From a virus (Duplodnaviria; Caudoviricetes): a stretch of DNA of 27,189 nucleotides. Position numbers and translations under genes: made by a program. Position 1 is the first letter of the stretch. The number at the start of each line of letters is the position of its first letter. Positions 8,323 through 17,344 of this stretch are shown here, piece by piece. The notes under the pieces are model-generated. The model was not told the DNA's origin, made no database searches, and worked only from the letters and a program-made list of their open reading frames with translations. The stretch covers positions 1-27,189 of the IMG/VR virus record IMGVR_UViG_3300046786_000068; one strand, written 5' to 3'.

Positions 8323-10752
8323 ATGGCTACAAAACCGACAACAAGTGACGTTATAGCGGCATCAAGAATTGAGGCGGGCAGGAACCCGTATGATGCAAAA
8401 TATGACGTTAATGGAGATGGTGTTGTTGACATAACAGACGTTCAAGGACTAAATAAAGCGTCTGTTGGCAAGGACCCTGGATTTGCTTTTGTTGGTGACA
8501 TATTCTTTGCTGAAAAAGCAAAAACACCACAAGAATACGCAGCGATTGAAAAAGCCAATCAAGAGCGTATTGCAGCAGAGCAAAAAGAAACTGAACGGCG
8601 CCAAGGCTTGATAGCCGATGCGCGGGACTATGCAAATAAATACCACGGCTTTTATGGCGGAACTGCAACAGAAGGGATTGAAAATTTAGTTGCTTCAAAC
8701 CCAAATTTAACGGCTGGGCAACTTGCAAGCCTGTCAACTAAAAACACATGGGCAAAACAGGTTCCGGTTTTTTCTCGCGTCATGGAGGCAATGGAAAACG
8801 GGACTGCCAAGTTAGAAGAAATCTCACTTGGTTCCGATGAGTTTGGGAATGACATGCGTCAGTTGGTTATTGGCAACCCAAAAGACCCAAACAGCTACTT
8901 AAATCTGAGAGAAACATCGCAACCTGGCGTGTACCAGTTTTCGACCTTTAACCCAACATCAGCCGGAACGCTAAGTGGTGTTATCCAAGCCGATCCAAAG
9001 ACAGGAAAATACACACCGATTCAAGACTACACCAAGCAAGTTCAATACACGCCTGGACAAGGTGGTGGACTCTTGGGTTCAATGATTGGCTCTTTTGGCG
9101 ACATTATCAAAGAGTTAGGACCAATCGCAACGGTTGTTGGTAACGCAATCGCCCCAGGTCTTGGGACTGCATTGAGCTTAGCAACTGCGATTGACGAAGG
9201 CGCTAATCCTGCTGACATTGCTAAAACGATTGCAATCGCAGAGGGCGTTAATCAGCTTGGTGTCTCTAGCGATGTTTCTCAAGCAACAGGATCGCAAGCG
9301 ACTGGACAAGTGGCTGCGGGAACTGTTCAAGGATTGCTGTCTGGTCAGAATTTAGAGGATGCTTTAACCTCTGGGTTAAAAAGCGTTAAACCAGTAAACG
9401 AATTTGAGGCTGAAGTTAATCAGGTACTCGATTTACCTGCAACACAAGAAACTCTAATATCTGGTCAAGATTTAGCCGCTGACAACATCACCGGAAACAC
9501 AGCAACCGATGTGATAACTTCACTGGTGACTGATGCGATAAACAATGCGGTTACTGGTCAAGATTTGGCTGCTGACTCCGTTACTGGAAATACTGTCAAC
9601 GACATTGTGACCGCGATTGTTGCAGACGCCGTAAATAATGCCGTTTCTGGTCAAGATTTGGCAGCAGATTCAGTTGCTGGAAACACCGTCCAAGACGTCA
9701 TCACCAACCTGGTGAACAACATCGCAATGGATACTCTAGTGTCCGGTCAAGACCTAGCTGCGGATTCCATTACTGGAAATACGCTTCAGGACGTCATCAC
9801 GACATTGGTGAATACTGGAACAGACACTCTTGTTTCAGGTCAGGATTTAGCCGCTGATTCAATCACCGGAAACACTCTGCAAGACGTTATTACTACGCTT
9901 GCAGATAACATCGTAACTGGAACTGATACGATTGGAACCACAAGCGACACGATTGGGACTACTAGCGACACTATCGGAACGACAAGCGACACTCTTTTGT
10001 CTGGTCAAGATTTGTCTGCGGATACAGTAACCGGAAGCACTCTGCAAGACATTGTCAATGTTCTGAATCAAGACACGATTGTTTCTGGACAAGACTTAGC
10101 GTCTGATCTTGGAACTGGTACTGCAAATACCTTAGAAGACATTTCAAACGCTCTGGCAGGTGAAGGCTCTCTCATCAGTGGTCAAGACCTGGCATCTGAC
10201 TTGGGAACTGGAACGGCAAACACGCTAGAAGACATTTCCATTGCACTAGCTACGGAAGGCTCTGACATTTCAGGTCAAGACCTGGCTGCTGATAACACTG
10301 CCGGAAACACTCTGACTGATATCGCCAATGTCATTACGACAAATAACGACACTGGTGGTGGAGCAACCGTTGATGACGTCATAAAAACGCTCTCAGATGT
10401 TGCCAAAGTAGCGAGCATTGTTGGAGTTGCTGATAGTGTTCTCAATAACGAAACCCAACCAACTCAAAGGACTGGATTTGACATTGTTCCAGTCCCGACA
10501 GATTGGAAGTCTCCGGTTTATGACCAGAGTTTCACCCCGATTGATTTGAACTCAATTCTGGACAACATTAACAGACTGCAAAACACTCAATGGGCAACCC
10601 CGAGAACATACGGCGGTGCGTATATGGGAACTCCTGTTAACATCAGTGACATTGTTAACCAGATCATGGGCGCAGAATTGACGCCTCAATCCATGCCATC
10701 GAATATCACAAACGCAGTCGGAGGAATCCTTGGATCGTCCACAACTCGCTAA
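8323..10752 (+). CDS. 809-aa acidic Thr/Asp-rich repeat protein with an N-terminal dockerin/EF-hand-like loop
   Basis: YDVNGDGVVDITD at aa 27-39; nine (S/T)GQDL repeats; fits tightly between the portal and the next gene. Confidence 0.85.
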   Translation: MATKPTTSDVIAASRIEAGRNPYDAKYDVNGDGVVDITDVQGLNKASVGKDPGFAFVGDIFFAEKAKTPQEYAAIEKANQERIAAEQKETERRQGLIADARDYANKYHGFYGGTATEGIENLVASNPNLTAGQLASLSTKNTWAKQVPVFSRVMEAMENGTAKLEEISLGSDEFGNDMRQLVIGNPKDPNSYLNLRETSQPGVYQFSTFNPTSAGTLSGVIQADPKTGKYTPIQDYTKQVQYTPGQGGGLLGSMIGSFGDIIKELGPIATVVGNAIAPGLGTALSLATAIDEGANPADIAKTIAIAEGVNQLGVSSDVSQATGSQATGQVAAGTVQGLLSGQNLEDALTSGLKSVKPVNEFEAEVNQVLDLPATQETLISGQDLAADNITGNTATDVITSLVTDAINNAVTGQDLAADSVTGNTVNDIVTAIVADAVNNAVSGQDLAADSVAGNTVQDVITNLVNNIAMDTLVSGQDLAADSITGNTLQDVITTLVNTGTDTLVSGQDLAADSITGNTLQDVITTLADNIVTGTDTIGTTSDTIGTTSDTIGTTSDTLLSGQDLSADTVTGSTLQDIVNVLNQDTIVSGQDLASDLGTGTANTLEDISNALAGEGSLISGQDLASDLGTGTANTLEDISIALATEGSDISGQDLAADNTAGNTLTDIANVITTNNDTGGGATVDDVIKTLSDVAKVASIVGVADSVLNNETQPTQRTGFDIVPVPTDWKSPVYDQSFTPIDLNSILDNINRLQNTQWATPRTYGGAYMGTPVNISDIVNQIMGAELTPQSMPSNITNAVGGILGSSTTR
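9455..10335 (+). repeat. Coding repeats: nine ~30-35-aa GQDL(A/S)(A/S)D units plus a 21-bp TTSDTIG tandem (about 9916-9995)
   Basis: Visible in the translation and as recurring GGTCAAGA(T/C) in the DNA. Confidence 0.92.
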
Positions 10753-10960
10753 GAATCTGATAAATGACGATTTCTTCAAAGAGGAAATGGATCGTTTGCG
10801 CCAGGCAGAGATTAACAATATATTGAATTCTCTCCCTGACGAACAAGACAAAAGAGAGATTGCATACGTTAAGATAAATGCAATACAATCAGTATTAACA
10901 CATTTTGAGTCGATTGCTAACACAAAGTTAATCGAACAAAAGAAATGGAAAATCCTCTAA
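10730..10960 (+). CDS. Small helical protein preceding the scaffold
   Basis: TTG start after GGAGGA; position typical of the portal-scaffold interval. Confidence 0.75.
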   Translation: MDRPQLAKNLINDDFFKEEMDRLRQAEINNILNSLPDEQDKREIAYVKINAIQSVLTHFESIANTKLIEQKKWKIL

Positions 10961-11003
10961 CGAGGCGGTGGCACACCGTTTGTGCTGACAATTTGGGAAT
11001 GAA

Positions 11004-11945
11004 ATGAGCGAAAACACGACTCCGCAAGGAAGTGTGCTGACGGTGGACGGAGCCGCAAACGCATTTCTTGGAATGATGGATTCAGCAGAGGAACCCACTG
11101 GGCAAACCGAAACTGAGGAAATCTCCGAGGAAGCCGGAGAGGCTGTCGAGGATGAGTTGGTAGAGCATGAAGAAGTTGAGACAGAGAAACCTAGCACTTT
11201 TAAGGTCAAAGCGGCTGGCGAAGAACGCGAAGTAACTCTCGAACAGCTTATTGAGGGCTACCAACTTGGACAAGACTACACCAAGAAAACCCAAACGCTT
11301 TCGGAGCAACGCAAAGAGGTGGAAGCCGAACGTGCGAAGATTTCCGAAGCGAACAAACTCCGAGATCAATACGCCCAACGTCTGCAAATGATGGAGCAAT
11401 TCCTCCAGCAACAGACCAAGGGTGAAAACTTGGAAGCTCTTAAAGAAACTGACCCCATTGGTTATGCCGTAAAGGTTGCTGAACAACAGCAACGCAAGGA
11501 GCAAATGGCGGTTTTGAAAGCCGAACAACAACGCATTGCCCAACAGCAACAAGCCGAGCAGTCCGAGCGTTTGAAATCTCACATTGCAGAGGAAAGCTCT
11601 AAACTAGCTACCTCGATTCCTGGTTACGCTGACCCGAAACAAGGCGATCAAATTCGGCGAGACATTCGCGAATACGCTAAGTCGATTGGATGGACAGATC
11701 AAGAGTTAGCCAACATATATGATTCTCGCGCTGTGCTCAGTTTGTATCAGGGCATGAAGTACGCTTCATTGCAGAAGGCAAAACCGAACGTAACCAAGAA
11801 GGTTACAGAGGCTCCTAAAACAATGAAATCAGGTGTATCTCAAAGCCGTGATGTGGATTCTGAGCAGCGTAAAAAAGCTATGGCGCAGTTAAAACGTACA
11901 GGAAATGTGCGTGATGCTGCAAACGCATTTGAACGCTTTTTGTAA
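11004..11945 (+). CDS. Capsid scaffolding protein
   Basis: Acidic N-terminus, VTLEQLIEGYQ...DYTKKTQ motif, coiled coil; directly upstream of the capsid gene. Confidence 0.9.
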   Translation: MSENTTPQGSVLTVDGAANAFLGMMDSAEEPTGQTETEEISEEAGEAVEDELVEHEEVETEKPSTFKVKAAGEEREVTLEQLIEGYQLGQDYTKKTQTLSEQRKEVEAERAKISEANKLRDQYAQRLQMMEQFLQQQTKGENLEALKETDPIGYAVKVAEQQQRKEQMAVLKAEQQRIAQQQQAEQSERLKSHIAEESSKLATSIPGYADPKQGDQIRRDIREYAKSIGWTDQELANIYDSRAVLSLYQGMKYASLQKAKPNVTKKVTEAPKTMKSGVSQSRDVDSEQRKKAMAQLKRTGNVRDAANAFERFL

Positions 11946-11954
11946 GGAAACAAA

Positions 11955-12896
11955 ATGGCTACCTATCAAACCTACACCGCTATTGGTCAGCGTGAAGACC
12001 TGTCGGATGTTATCTATAACATCTCCCCCACCGATACCCCGATCATGTCATCGGTTGGTAAATCCAAGGCAACTGCCGTTTACCATGAGTGGCAAACTGA
12101 CTCGCTGGCTGCTGCCACGACCAACAACGCCGCTGTGGAAGGTGATGACGCCACTGATGCAACGATGAGTCCCACGACTCGCCTGGGCAACTATACCCAA
12201 ATCGTTCAAAAGACCGTCAAAATCTCCGGCACTTTGGACGCCGTGGACAAAGCTGGTCGCAAGTCTGAAAAGGCTTACCAACTGGCTAAAGCCTCTGCCG
12301 AGATCAAGCGCGACATTGAAACCATCATTTCGGCTAACCAAGGTCGTTCTGCTGGTAACTCGTCTACCGCTCGCAAGTTGGGTTCGCTGCTGTCTTGGAT
12401 CACCACCAACAGTTCGGTGGGCACTTCCGGTGCTGATCCCACGACCATCGGTGTTTCGACCCGTACTGACGGCACTGCCCGTAGCTTTACCGAAACCATC
12501 CTGAAGGATGTTATTCAGCAGGTTTACTCCTCTGGTGGCAACCCCAAGATTCTGATGGTTGGCGCATATCAGAAACAAGCCGTTTCTGCTTTCGCTGGTA
12601 TCGCTGCACAGCGTTACATGGCTCCTGGCAATGAGCCTACCACCATCATCGGCGCTGCTGATGTGTACATGAGCGATTTCGGTACGGTTTCTGTCGTGCC
12701 TAACCGTTTCATGCGTACCCGTGACGCTCTGGTGCTGGACCCTGAGTACGCTGCTCTGGCTTATCTGCGTCCGTTCGCCACGAACGAACTGGCTAAGACT
12801 GGCGACAGCGAGAAGACTCAGATTCTGGCTGAGTTGACCTTGGAAGTCCGTAACGAGGCTGCCCACGGTATCGCTGCTGATTTGGCTGTTGCCTAA
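11955..12896 (+). CDS. Major capsid protein (DUF5309/SU10-like)
   Basis: REDLSDVIYNISPTDTP, HEWQTDSL, NYTQI, LAKTGD motifs; strong SD TAAGGA; high-expression codon bias. Confidence 0.95.
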   Translation: MATYQTYTAIGQREDLSDVIYNISPTDTPIMSSVGKSKATAVYHEWQTDSLAAATTNNAAVEGDDATDATMSPTTRLGNYTQIVQKTVKISGTLDAVDKAGRKSEKAYQLAKASAEIKRDIETIISANQGRSAGNSSTARKLGSLLSWITTNSSVGTSGADPTTIGVSTRTDGTARSFTETILKDVIQQVYSSGGNPKILMVGAYQKQAVSAFAGIAAQRYMAPGNEPTTIIGAADVYMSDFGTVSVVPNRFMRTRDALVLDPEYAALAYLRPFATNELAKTGDSEKTQILAELTLEVRNEAAHGIAADLAVA

Positions 12897-12903
12897 TCTA
12901 AAT

Positions 12904-12929
12904 GGGGGGCTAATCACCCCCCTTTTTTT
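12904..12929 (+). terminator. Intrinsic terminator after the capsid gene
   Basis: GGGGGG-CTAATCA-CCCCCC then T7. Confidence 0.88.
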
Positions 12930-13238
12930 ATGAAACTTGTCGCAGATAACGCTGGTAAACAGACCCTCTTTCACTCGATTGACGGAAGTGACGTTTTAGA
13001 AGTCAGACAAGACGTTTCACAGATCATCGAGCAGAACAAAGCCCAATACAACGCTATTGACGAACGAGCGAAGTGGGGCGAACTGACAAAAATTGCTTCC
13101 CTCCCCATGGTTGTCATTGACGATCTTAACAAAAAGGGGATAATGCGCGGGTTTGCGGTTATGGATCAACGAGGCTTTAAGGCTTTCCTGAATGATCCTG
13201 ATAACCGTTTCTTCAGAACCCGTCCAGGAGAAGTATGA
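12930..13238 (+). CDS. Hypothetical virion-morphogenesis protein
   Basis: QDV..I...NK, ASLP, FLNDPDN..FRT pattern; sits after the capsid gene. Confidence 0.85.
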   Translation: MKLVADNAGKQTLFHSIDGSDVLEVRQDVSQIIEQNKAQYNAIDERAKWGELTKIASLPMVVIDDLNKKGIMRGFAVMDQRGFKAFLNDPDNRFFRTRPGEV

Positions 13239-13852
13239 ATATTGCAATCTGTGTTCCCTGCCGTGATACCGTCATGGCTGGCTTTGCTTTTGACTTAGCC
13301 AAACTCTGTGCTTTTGATGGCGTCACGCGATGCTCTAAAGGCGGCTCCCTGCGGATTTATCAAATGCCTGGGACACTGATCTTCAACCAACGCCAAAAAC
13401 TCGCTGAGACTGCTCTGGCTGACGGTGCTGACGCGATTCTGTGGATTGATTCGGACATGAGATTTCCGAAAGATTCACTCCAGATCATGTTAAGCCGCGA
13501 AGTCCCGATTGTGGGTGTGAACGCAACGACTCGAAGAAAGCCTGTTGAACCGACAGCACTTGATGCTGATGAGAAGACGAATCAACTTGTAAAGGTTTTC
13601 TCGAAGGGTAAAGAGGGACTAGAGCAGATTGTCGGTGTTGGATTTGGAATGGTGTTAACTCGGAAAGAGGCTTTCAATTTACCCAAGCCTTGGTTTTGGT
13701 TTGAGACAACGGCAAAGGGTGGTTTAGTTGGTGAAGACATTTATTTTTGTGCGAAGGCATGGGATAATGGGATACCAACATACGTTGACCATGAATTGTC
13801 GATGCACATCCGACACATAGGAACGTACGAGTATGGATGGGATGATCTATGA
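13235..13852 (+). CDS. GT-A fold (GT2-like) glycosyltransferase
   Basis: IAICVP, ILWIDSDM (DXD), GFGMVL, GEDIYFC and HIG motifs. Confidence 0.9.
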   Translation: MNIAICVPCRDTVMAGFAFDLAKLCAFDGVTRCSKGGSLRIYQMPGTLIFNQRQKLAETALADGADAILWIDSDMRFPKDSLQIMLSREVPIVGVNATTRRKPVEPTALDADEKTNQLVKVFSKGKEGLEQIVGVGFGMVLTRKEAFNLPKPWFWFETTAKGGLVGEDIYFCAKAWDNGIPTYVDHELSMHIRHIGTYEYGWDDL

Positions 13853-14466
13853 TTTCTACATATTCAGATTTGAAAACAGCGATTGCTAATTACTTGGCAA
13901 GGACTGACCTCACAGATCAAATTCCCGACTTCATTCGTTTCGCAGAGATTCGCCTGCGCCGTGAGTTGCGAATCCGTCAAATGTTGAAGACTGTGACCAC
14001 CTCCACGACCGGAGGGGATTCAACTGTTGAACTTCCTTCAGACTTCCTAGAGGTGCGGGATTTTGTTGTTGACACGAATCCGATTCAGCCTTTGACCTAT
14101 TCCAGTCCTTCAACATTCTCTCGGAACTCTCGCCGCACAGAGAGTGGGAAACCGATTGACTACACCATCATGGCTTTGGAGTTTGAACTCGCTCCGACTC
14201 CAGATAGCAATTACACACTTGAACTGCTGTATTTTGCTGCGCCGACTTATCTGAGTGACTCAAACACAAGTAACGTCTTCATGGCAAACGCGCCTGATGC
14301 CTTACTGTATGCCTCCCTCCTTGAAGCTGAACCCTACATCATGAACGATGCAAGGATTCAAACTTGGGGGTCTATGTACAACCGAGCAATCGAGACTCTG
14401 AATATCTCCGACCAACAAGGTCAGTATTCGGGTGTCCCTCTCGCAATGAAAACTTCACTGAGGTAA
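13849..14466 (+). CDS. Probable head-tail adaptor (tail tubular A-like)
   Basis: TYSDLKTAIANYL, LPSDFLE, PTPD..Y, PDALLY..L.EA pattern; size and position. Confidence 0.75.
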   Translation: MISTYSDLKTAIANYLARTDLTDQIPDFIRFAEIRLRRELRIRQMLKTVTTSTTGGDSTVELPSDFLEVRDFVVDTNPIQPLTYSSPSTFSRNSRRTESGKPIDYTIMALEFELAPTPDSNYTLELLYFAAPTYLSDSNTSNVFMANAPDALLYASLLEAEPYIMNDARIQTWGSMYNRAIETLNISDQQGQYSGVPLAMKTSLR

Positions 14467-14469
14467 ATC

Positions 14470-14856
14470 ATGGCTGAAATGTCGAATTATCTTGAGAATG
14501 CGCTGATTAACGCAACTCTACGAAACACCAGTTACACAAGCCCGTCCACGGTTTATGTCGCACTTTATACGAGTGACCCGACTGACGCTGACACTGGAAC
14601 TGAGGTTTCTGGCACTTCTTACGCTCGTCAATCGGTGACGTTTGGCTCTCCTTCTAACGGAGTGTCAACAAATTCAGCCGCTGTGGAATTCCCGCAAGCT
14701 GGAGGCTCTTGGGGTACTGTGACGCACATCGGAATCCGTGATGCTTCTACGTCTGGAAACCTGCTGTATCACACTGCCTTGGATGCTTCTAAGGCGATTG
14801 CAACTGGCGATGTGTTTCGTATCGCCTCTGGCTCACTAAGCGTAACACTCGCGTGA
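14470..14856 (+). CDS. Small beta-rich virion/tail protein
   Basis: YVALYT.DP, EVSG.SYARQ, WGTVTHIGI.DA...GNLL pattern of phage minor tail proteins. Confidence 0.8.
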   Translation: MAEMSNYLENALINATLRNTSYTSPSTVYVALYTSDPTDADTGTEVSGTSYARQSVTFGSPSNGVSTNSAAVEFPQAGGSWGTVTHIGIRDASTSGNLLYHTALDASKAIATGDVFRIASGSLSVTLA

Positions 14857-14857
14857 G

Positions 14858-15688
14858 ATGGCTGACCTTCTCCCACCGTGGACACTTGACTCTCTTGATA
14901 ACTTAAAAGCGAGTCTTGATGACCTGACGCTTTCGTTAGACAGTGAGTTATACGAAACGTCCGTCACGCTGTGGGATGCTTACGGATCGGTCAATGCGAC
15001 TGCATCCGTAAGTTCTGATTCTAGTGTTATCTTCGCCGGAGCGGGTTCTGTATCCTGCTCGGCAACTGTTTCATGTGATGCTCAGATTGTCAAACCAGCA
15101 TCTGCAAGCATAAATTGTGAAGCCACCGTCACCGCATCGGCAACTAGGGTTCAATTTGGTTCTGCCTCAATTACGGCACAGGCTGATGTAACTGCCTCGG
15201 CTCAGATCGTTAAAGACGCCGCTGCCTCAATATCTTGTTCTGCAACCGTCACGGCGAATGGTGGGTTACTGCTTGCAGGTGACGCCTCGATTACCGCAAG
15301 CGCAACGGTCAGTGCAGCCGCAATCCGTGTAAGGAATGCTGTTGGGTCTATAACGACCTCCGCAAGCGTTTCTTGCGATGGGATAAGGGTTAGAGACACA
15401 TCGGTGGAAATAAACGCTCTGGCGACTGTTTCCGCGAACGGGACGGTTATCCTCGCTGGTATTGGATCGGTAAGTTGTCTTGCTACTGTGGTTTGCGATG
15501 GCAGACGCATGGGGGATAATTGGTCAGACGTTTCAGAGAGCGATAACTCATGGACTCCGATTTCTGAGTCTAACAACGACTGGACTGAAATCTCTGTGGG
15601 AACGAATACCTGGACGCCTGAAGGAACTGGGTCAAATACATGGACAAGCCAATCTCAAAACAGCAATGTTTGGCTTTTGCAGGGGTAA
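14858..15688 (+). CDS. Ala/Ser/Thr-rich repeat structural protein (fibre-like)
   Basis: Nine 20-aa repeats and six Trp residues spaced 10 aa apart. Confidence 0.85.
   Translation: MADLLPPWTLDSLDNLKASLDDLTLSLDSELYETSVTLWDAYGSVNATASVSSDSSVIFAGAGSVSCSATVSCDAQIVKPASASINCEATVTASATRVQFGSASITAQADVTASAQIVKDAAASISCSATVTANGGLLLAGDASITASATVSAAAIRVRNAVGSITTSASVSCDGIRVRDTSVEINALATVSANGTVILAGIGSVSCLATVVCDGRRMGDNWSDVSESDNSWTPISESNNDWTEISVGTNTWTPEGTGSNTWTSQSQNSNVWLLQG
14984..15673 (+). repeat. 60-bp-period coding repeat (14984 to about 15517) and 30-bp-period Trp repeat (15521-15673)
   Basis: (G/A)S(I/V)xxxA(T/S)V units; TGG at 15521, 15551, 15581, 15611, 15641 and 15671. Confidence 0.9.
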
Positions 15689-17344
15689 ATGATGGCAACA
15701 CAACGAATTCAACTGACTGAATGGCTACCTGACCAGCCTGGTATCTCTGGTGCTTTGACAGACGCAAAGAATGTCGTTTCTCAAGCGATTGGATACGGTC
15801 CTTTCCCTTCTGCCACGACATTTTCTCAAAGTGCTGCGGAAGACCTGACCACTTTGTATGCGGCAAAAGACACCAGTGGTGCAACGAAACTGTTTGCTGC
15901 TGGCGCGTCTAAGATGTACAGCGTTTCTGGTGTGGGTGTTTTGACTGATGTTTCTCGATTCACTGGGACGTATTCTCAGAGTGGAACGACAACTCTGACT
16001 GTGACGTCTTCAGGGCATAAGCTGAAAACTGGCGACACCATTTATCTTGACTTCACAAGTGGAACTGCTACGGATGGGTCTTTCACTGTGACTGTGGTTG
16101 ATGCAAACACTTTCACCGTGACCACGACCTCTGCGACAACCTCTGGAAACGTCACGATTAAGGTGTCTTCTACTGACTATACAACTCAGTCAGGGGACAG
16201 GGTTCGCTTCACTCAGTTTGGCAGAACGATCATTTCCACTAACAACTCCCAACGTCTTCAGTATTGGGATTTGACCTCGTCTACTGCTTTTAAAAATCTA
16301 TCGGATTCTGCACCGATTGCAAAGTACATCACAGTCGTTCGTGATTTCGTGGTGGTGGCGAACACTAACGAAGGATCGCAACAGCCTTACCGAGTGCGTT
16401 GGAGTGCTTTGAGCAACGAAACCGACTGGGTTGAAAACGTAAACACTCAGTCTGATTACCAAGACATTCCTGACGGTGGTCAGATTGTAGGAATCCGAGG
16501 TGGAGAGTTTGGCGTGATCTTCTTGGATCGTGCGATTCACCGAATGAGTTATGTCGGTACTCCGTTTATCTTCCAATTCGACAACATCTCTCGAAATAAG
16601 GGATGTATTGCCTCTGGGTCTATCGCTCAGTATCAAGGCATTTCGTTCTTCTTGAGTGATGACGGTTTCTATATGTGCGATGGGCAACAAGTCACGCCTA
16701 TCGGGGCGGAGAAGGTTGACCGATTCTTCTTCAATGACGCATCGGAATTTGACTTCCCGTCAATGTCTGCCGCTGTTGATCCGGTTCGCAAGTTGGTGAT
16801 TTGGAACTACAAAGGCGTGGATGGTAATCGTCATTTGATTATCTACAACTTCGCCACGAAGAAATGGACCTACGCAGATGCGGGGACTGATTACATTTCT
16901 GAGAGTTCTACGTCCTCGTCAACTCTTGAAGAACTGGACACTCTGAGCGCGTCCATTGATGCCTTGGCGATTTCTCTTGATTCTCTGATGTTCATGGGTG
17001 GTAAATACTTCCTGGGTGGAACAAAGGGAACCAACGTGATGACCTACACCGGATCGAATCTGACCGGAAGGATCGCCACTGGAGACTTGGGTGGTCAAGG
17101 TCGTTCTGTGATGACTTTGGTGCGTCCTCAAGTTGATAACGGGTCTGCTAGTATCGCTGTGTCTTCTCGGACTCTTTTGAGCGAACAGGTAACGTATGGA
17201 ACCGCTGTTTCTGCGAGTTCTGAGAATCGGGTATCTCTGAGGAGTTCAGGGAATTACCATCGAGTCCAACTAAATCCTACGGGGAATAACTGGAAAAACG
17301 CATCAGCGATTGATGTGGACATTGTTCCCCAGGGAGTTCGATAA
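15689..17344 (+). CDS. Probable tail nozzle/DNA-stabilisation protein (P22 gp10/T7 gp12-like beta propeller) with an inserted beta domain
   Basis: EWLPDQP, RVRWS, FFLSDDGFY..DG....PIG..KVD motifs; position after the adaptor. Confidence 0.78.
   Translation: MMATQRIQLTEWLPDQPGISGALTDAKNVVSQAIGYGPFPSATTFSQSAAEDLTTLYAAKDTSGATKLFAAGASKMYSVSGVGVLTDVSRFTGTYSQSGTTTLTVTSSGHKLKTGDTIYLDFTSGTATDGSFTVTVVDANTFTVTTTSATTSGNVTIKVSSTDYTTQSGDRVRFTQFGRTIISTNNSQRLQYWDLTSSTAFKNLSDSAPIAKYITVVRDFVVVANTNEGSQQPYRVRWSALSNETDWVENVNTQSDYQDIPDGGQIVGIRGGEFGVIFLDRAIHRMSYVGTPFIFQFDNISRNKGCIASGSIAQYQGISFFLSDDGFYMCDGQQVTPIGAEKVDRFFFNDASEFDFPSMSAAVDPVRKLVIWNYKGVDGNRHLIIYNFATKKWTYADAGTDYISESSTSSSTLEELDTLSASIDALAISLDSLMFMGGKYFLGGTKGTNVMTYTGSNLTGRIATGDLGGQGRSVMTLVRPQVDNGSASIAVSSRTLLSEQVTYGTAVSASSENRVSLRSSGNYHRVQLNPTGNNWKNASAIDVDIVPQGVR

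Noticed and set aside
9455-10335. Spaced DNA repeats resembling a CRISPR array
   Set aside because: Repeats are degenerate at third codon positions and in frame within a CDS, the intervening sequences resemble each other, and no cas genes are present.
12880-12935. Programmed frameshift or readthrough extending the capsid protein
   Set aside because: TAA is followed by a strong terminator and no slippery site precedes the stop; the G and T runs belong to the terminator.
12048-12974. 308-aa minus-strand ORF opposite the capsid gene
   Set aside because: Antisense shadow of a strongly codon-biased gene; no recognisable motifs.
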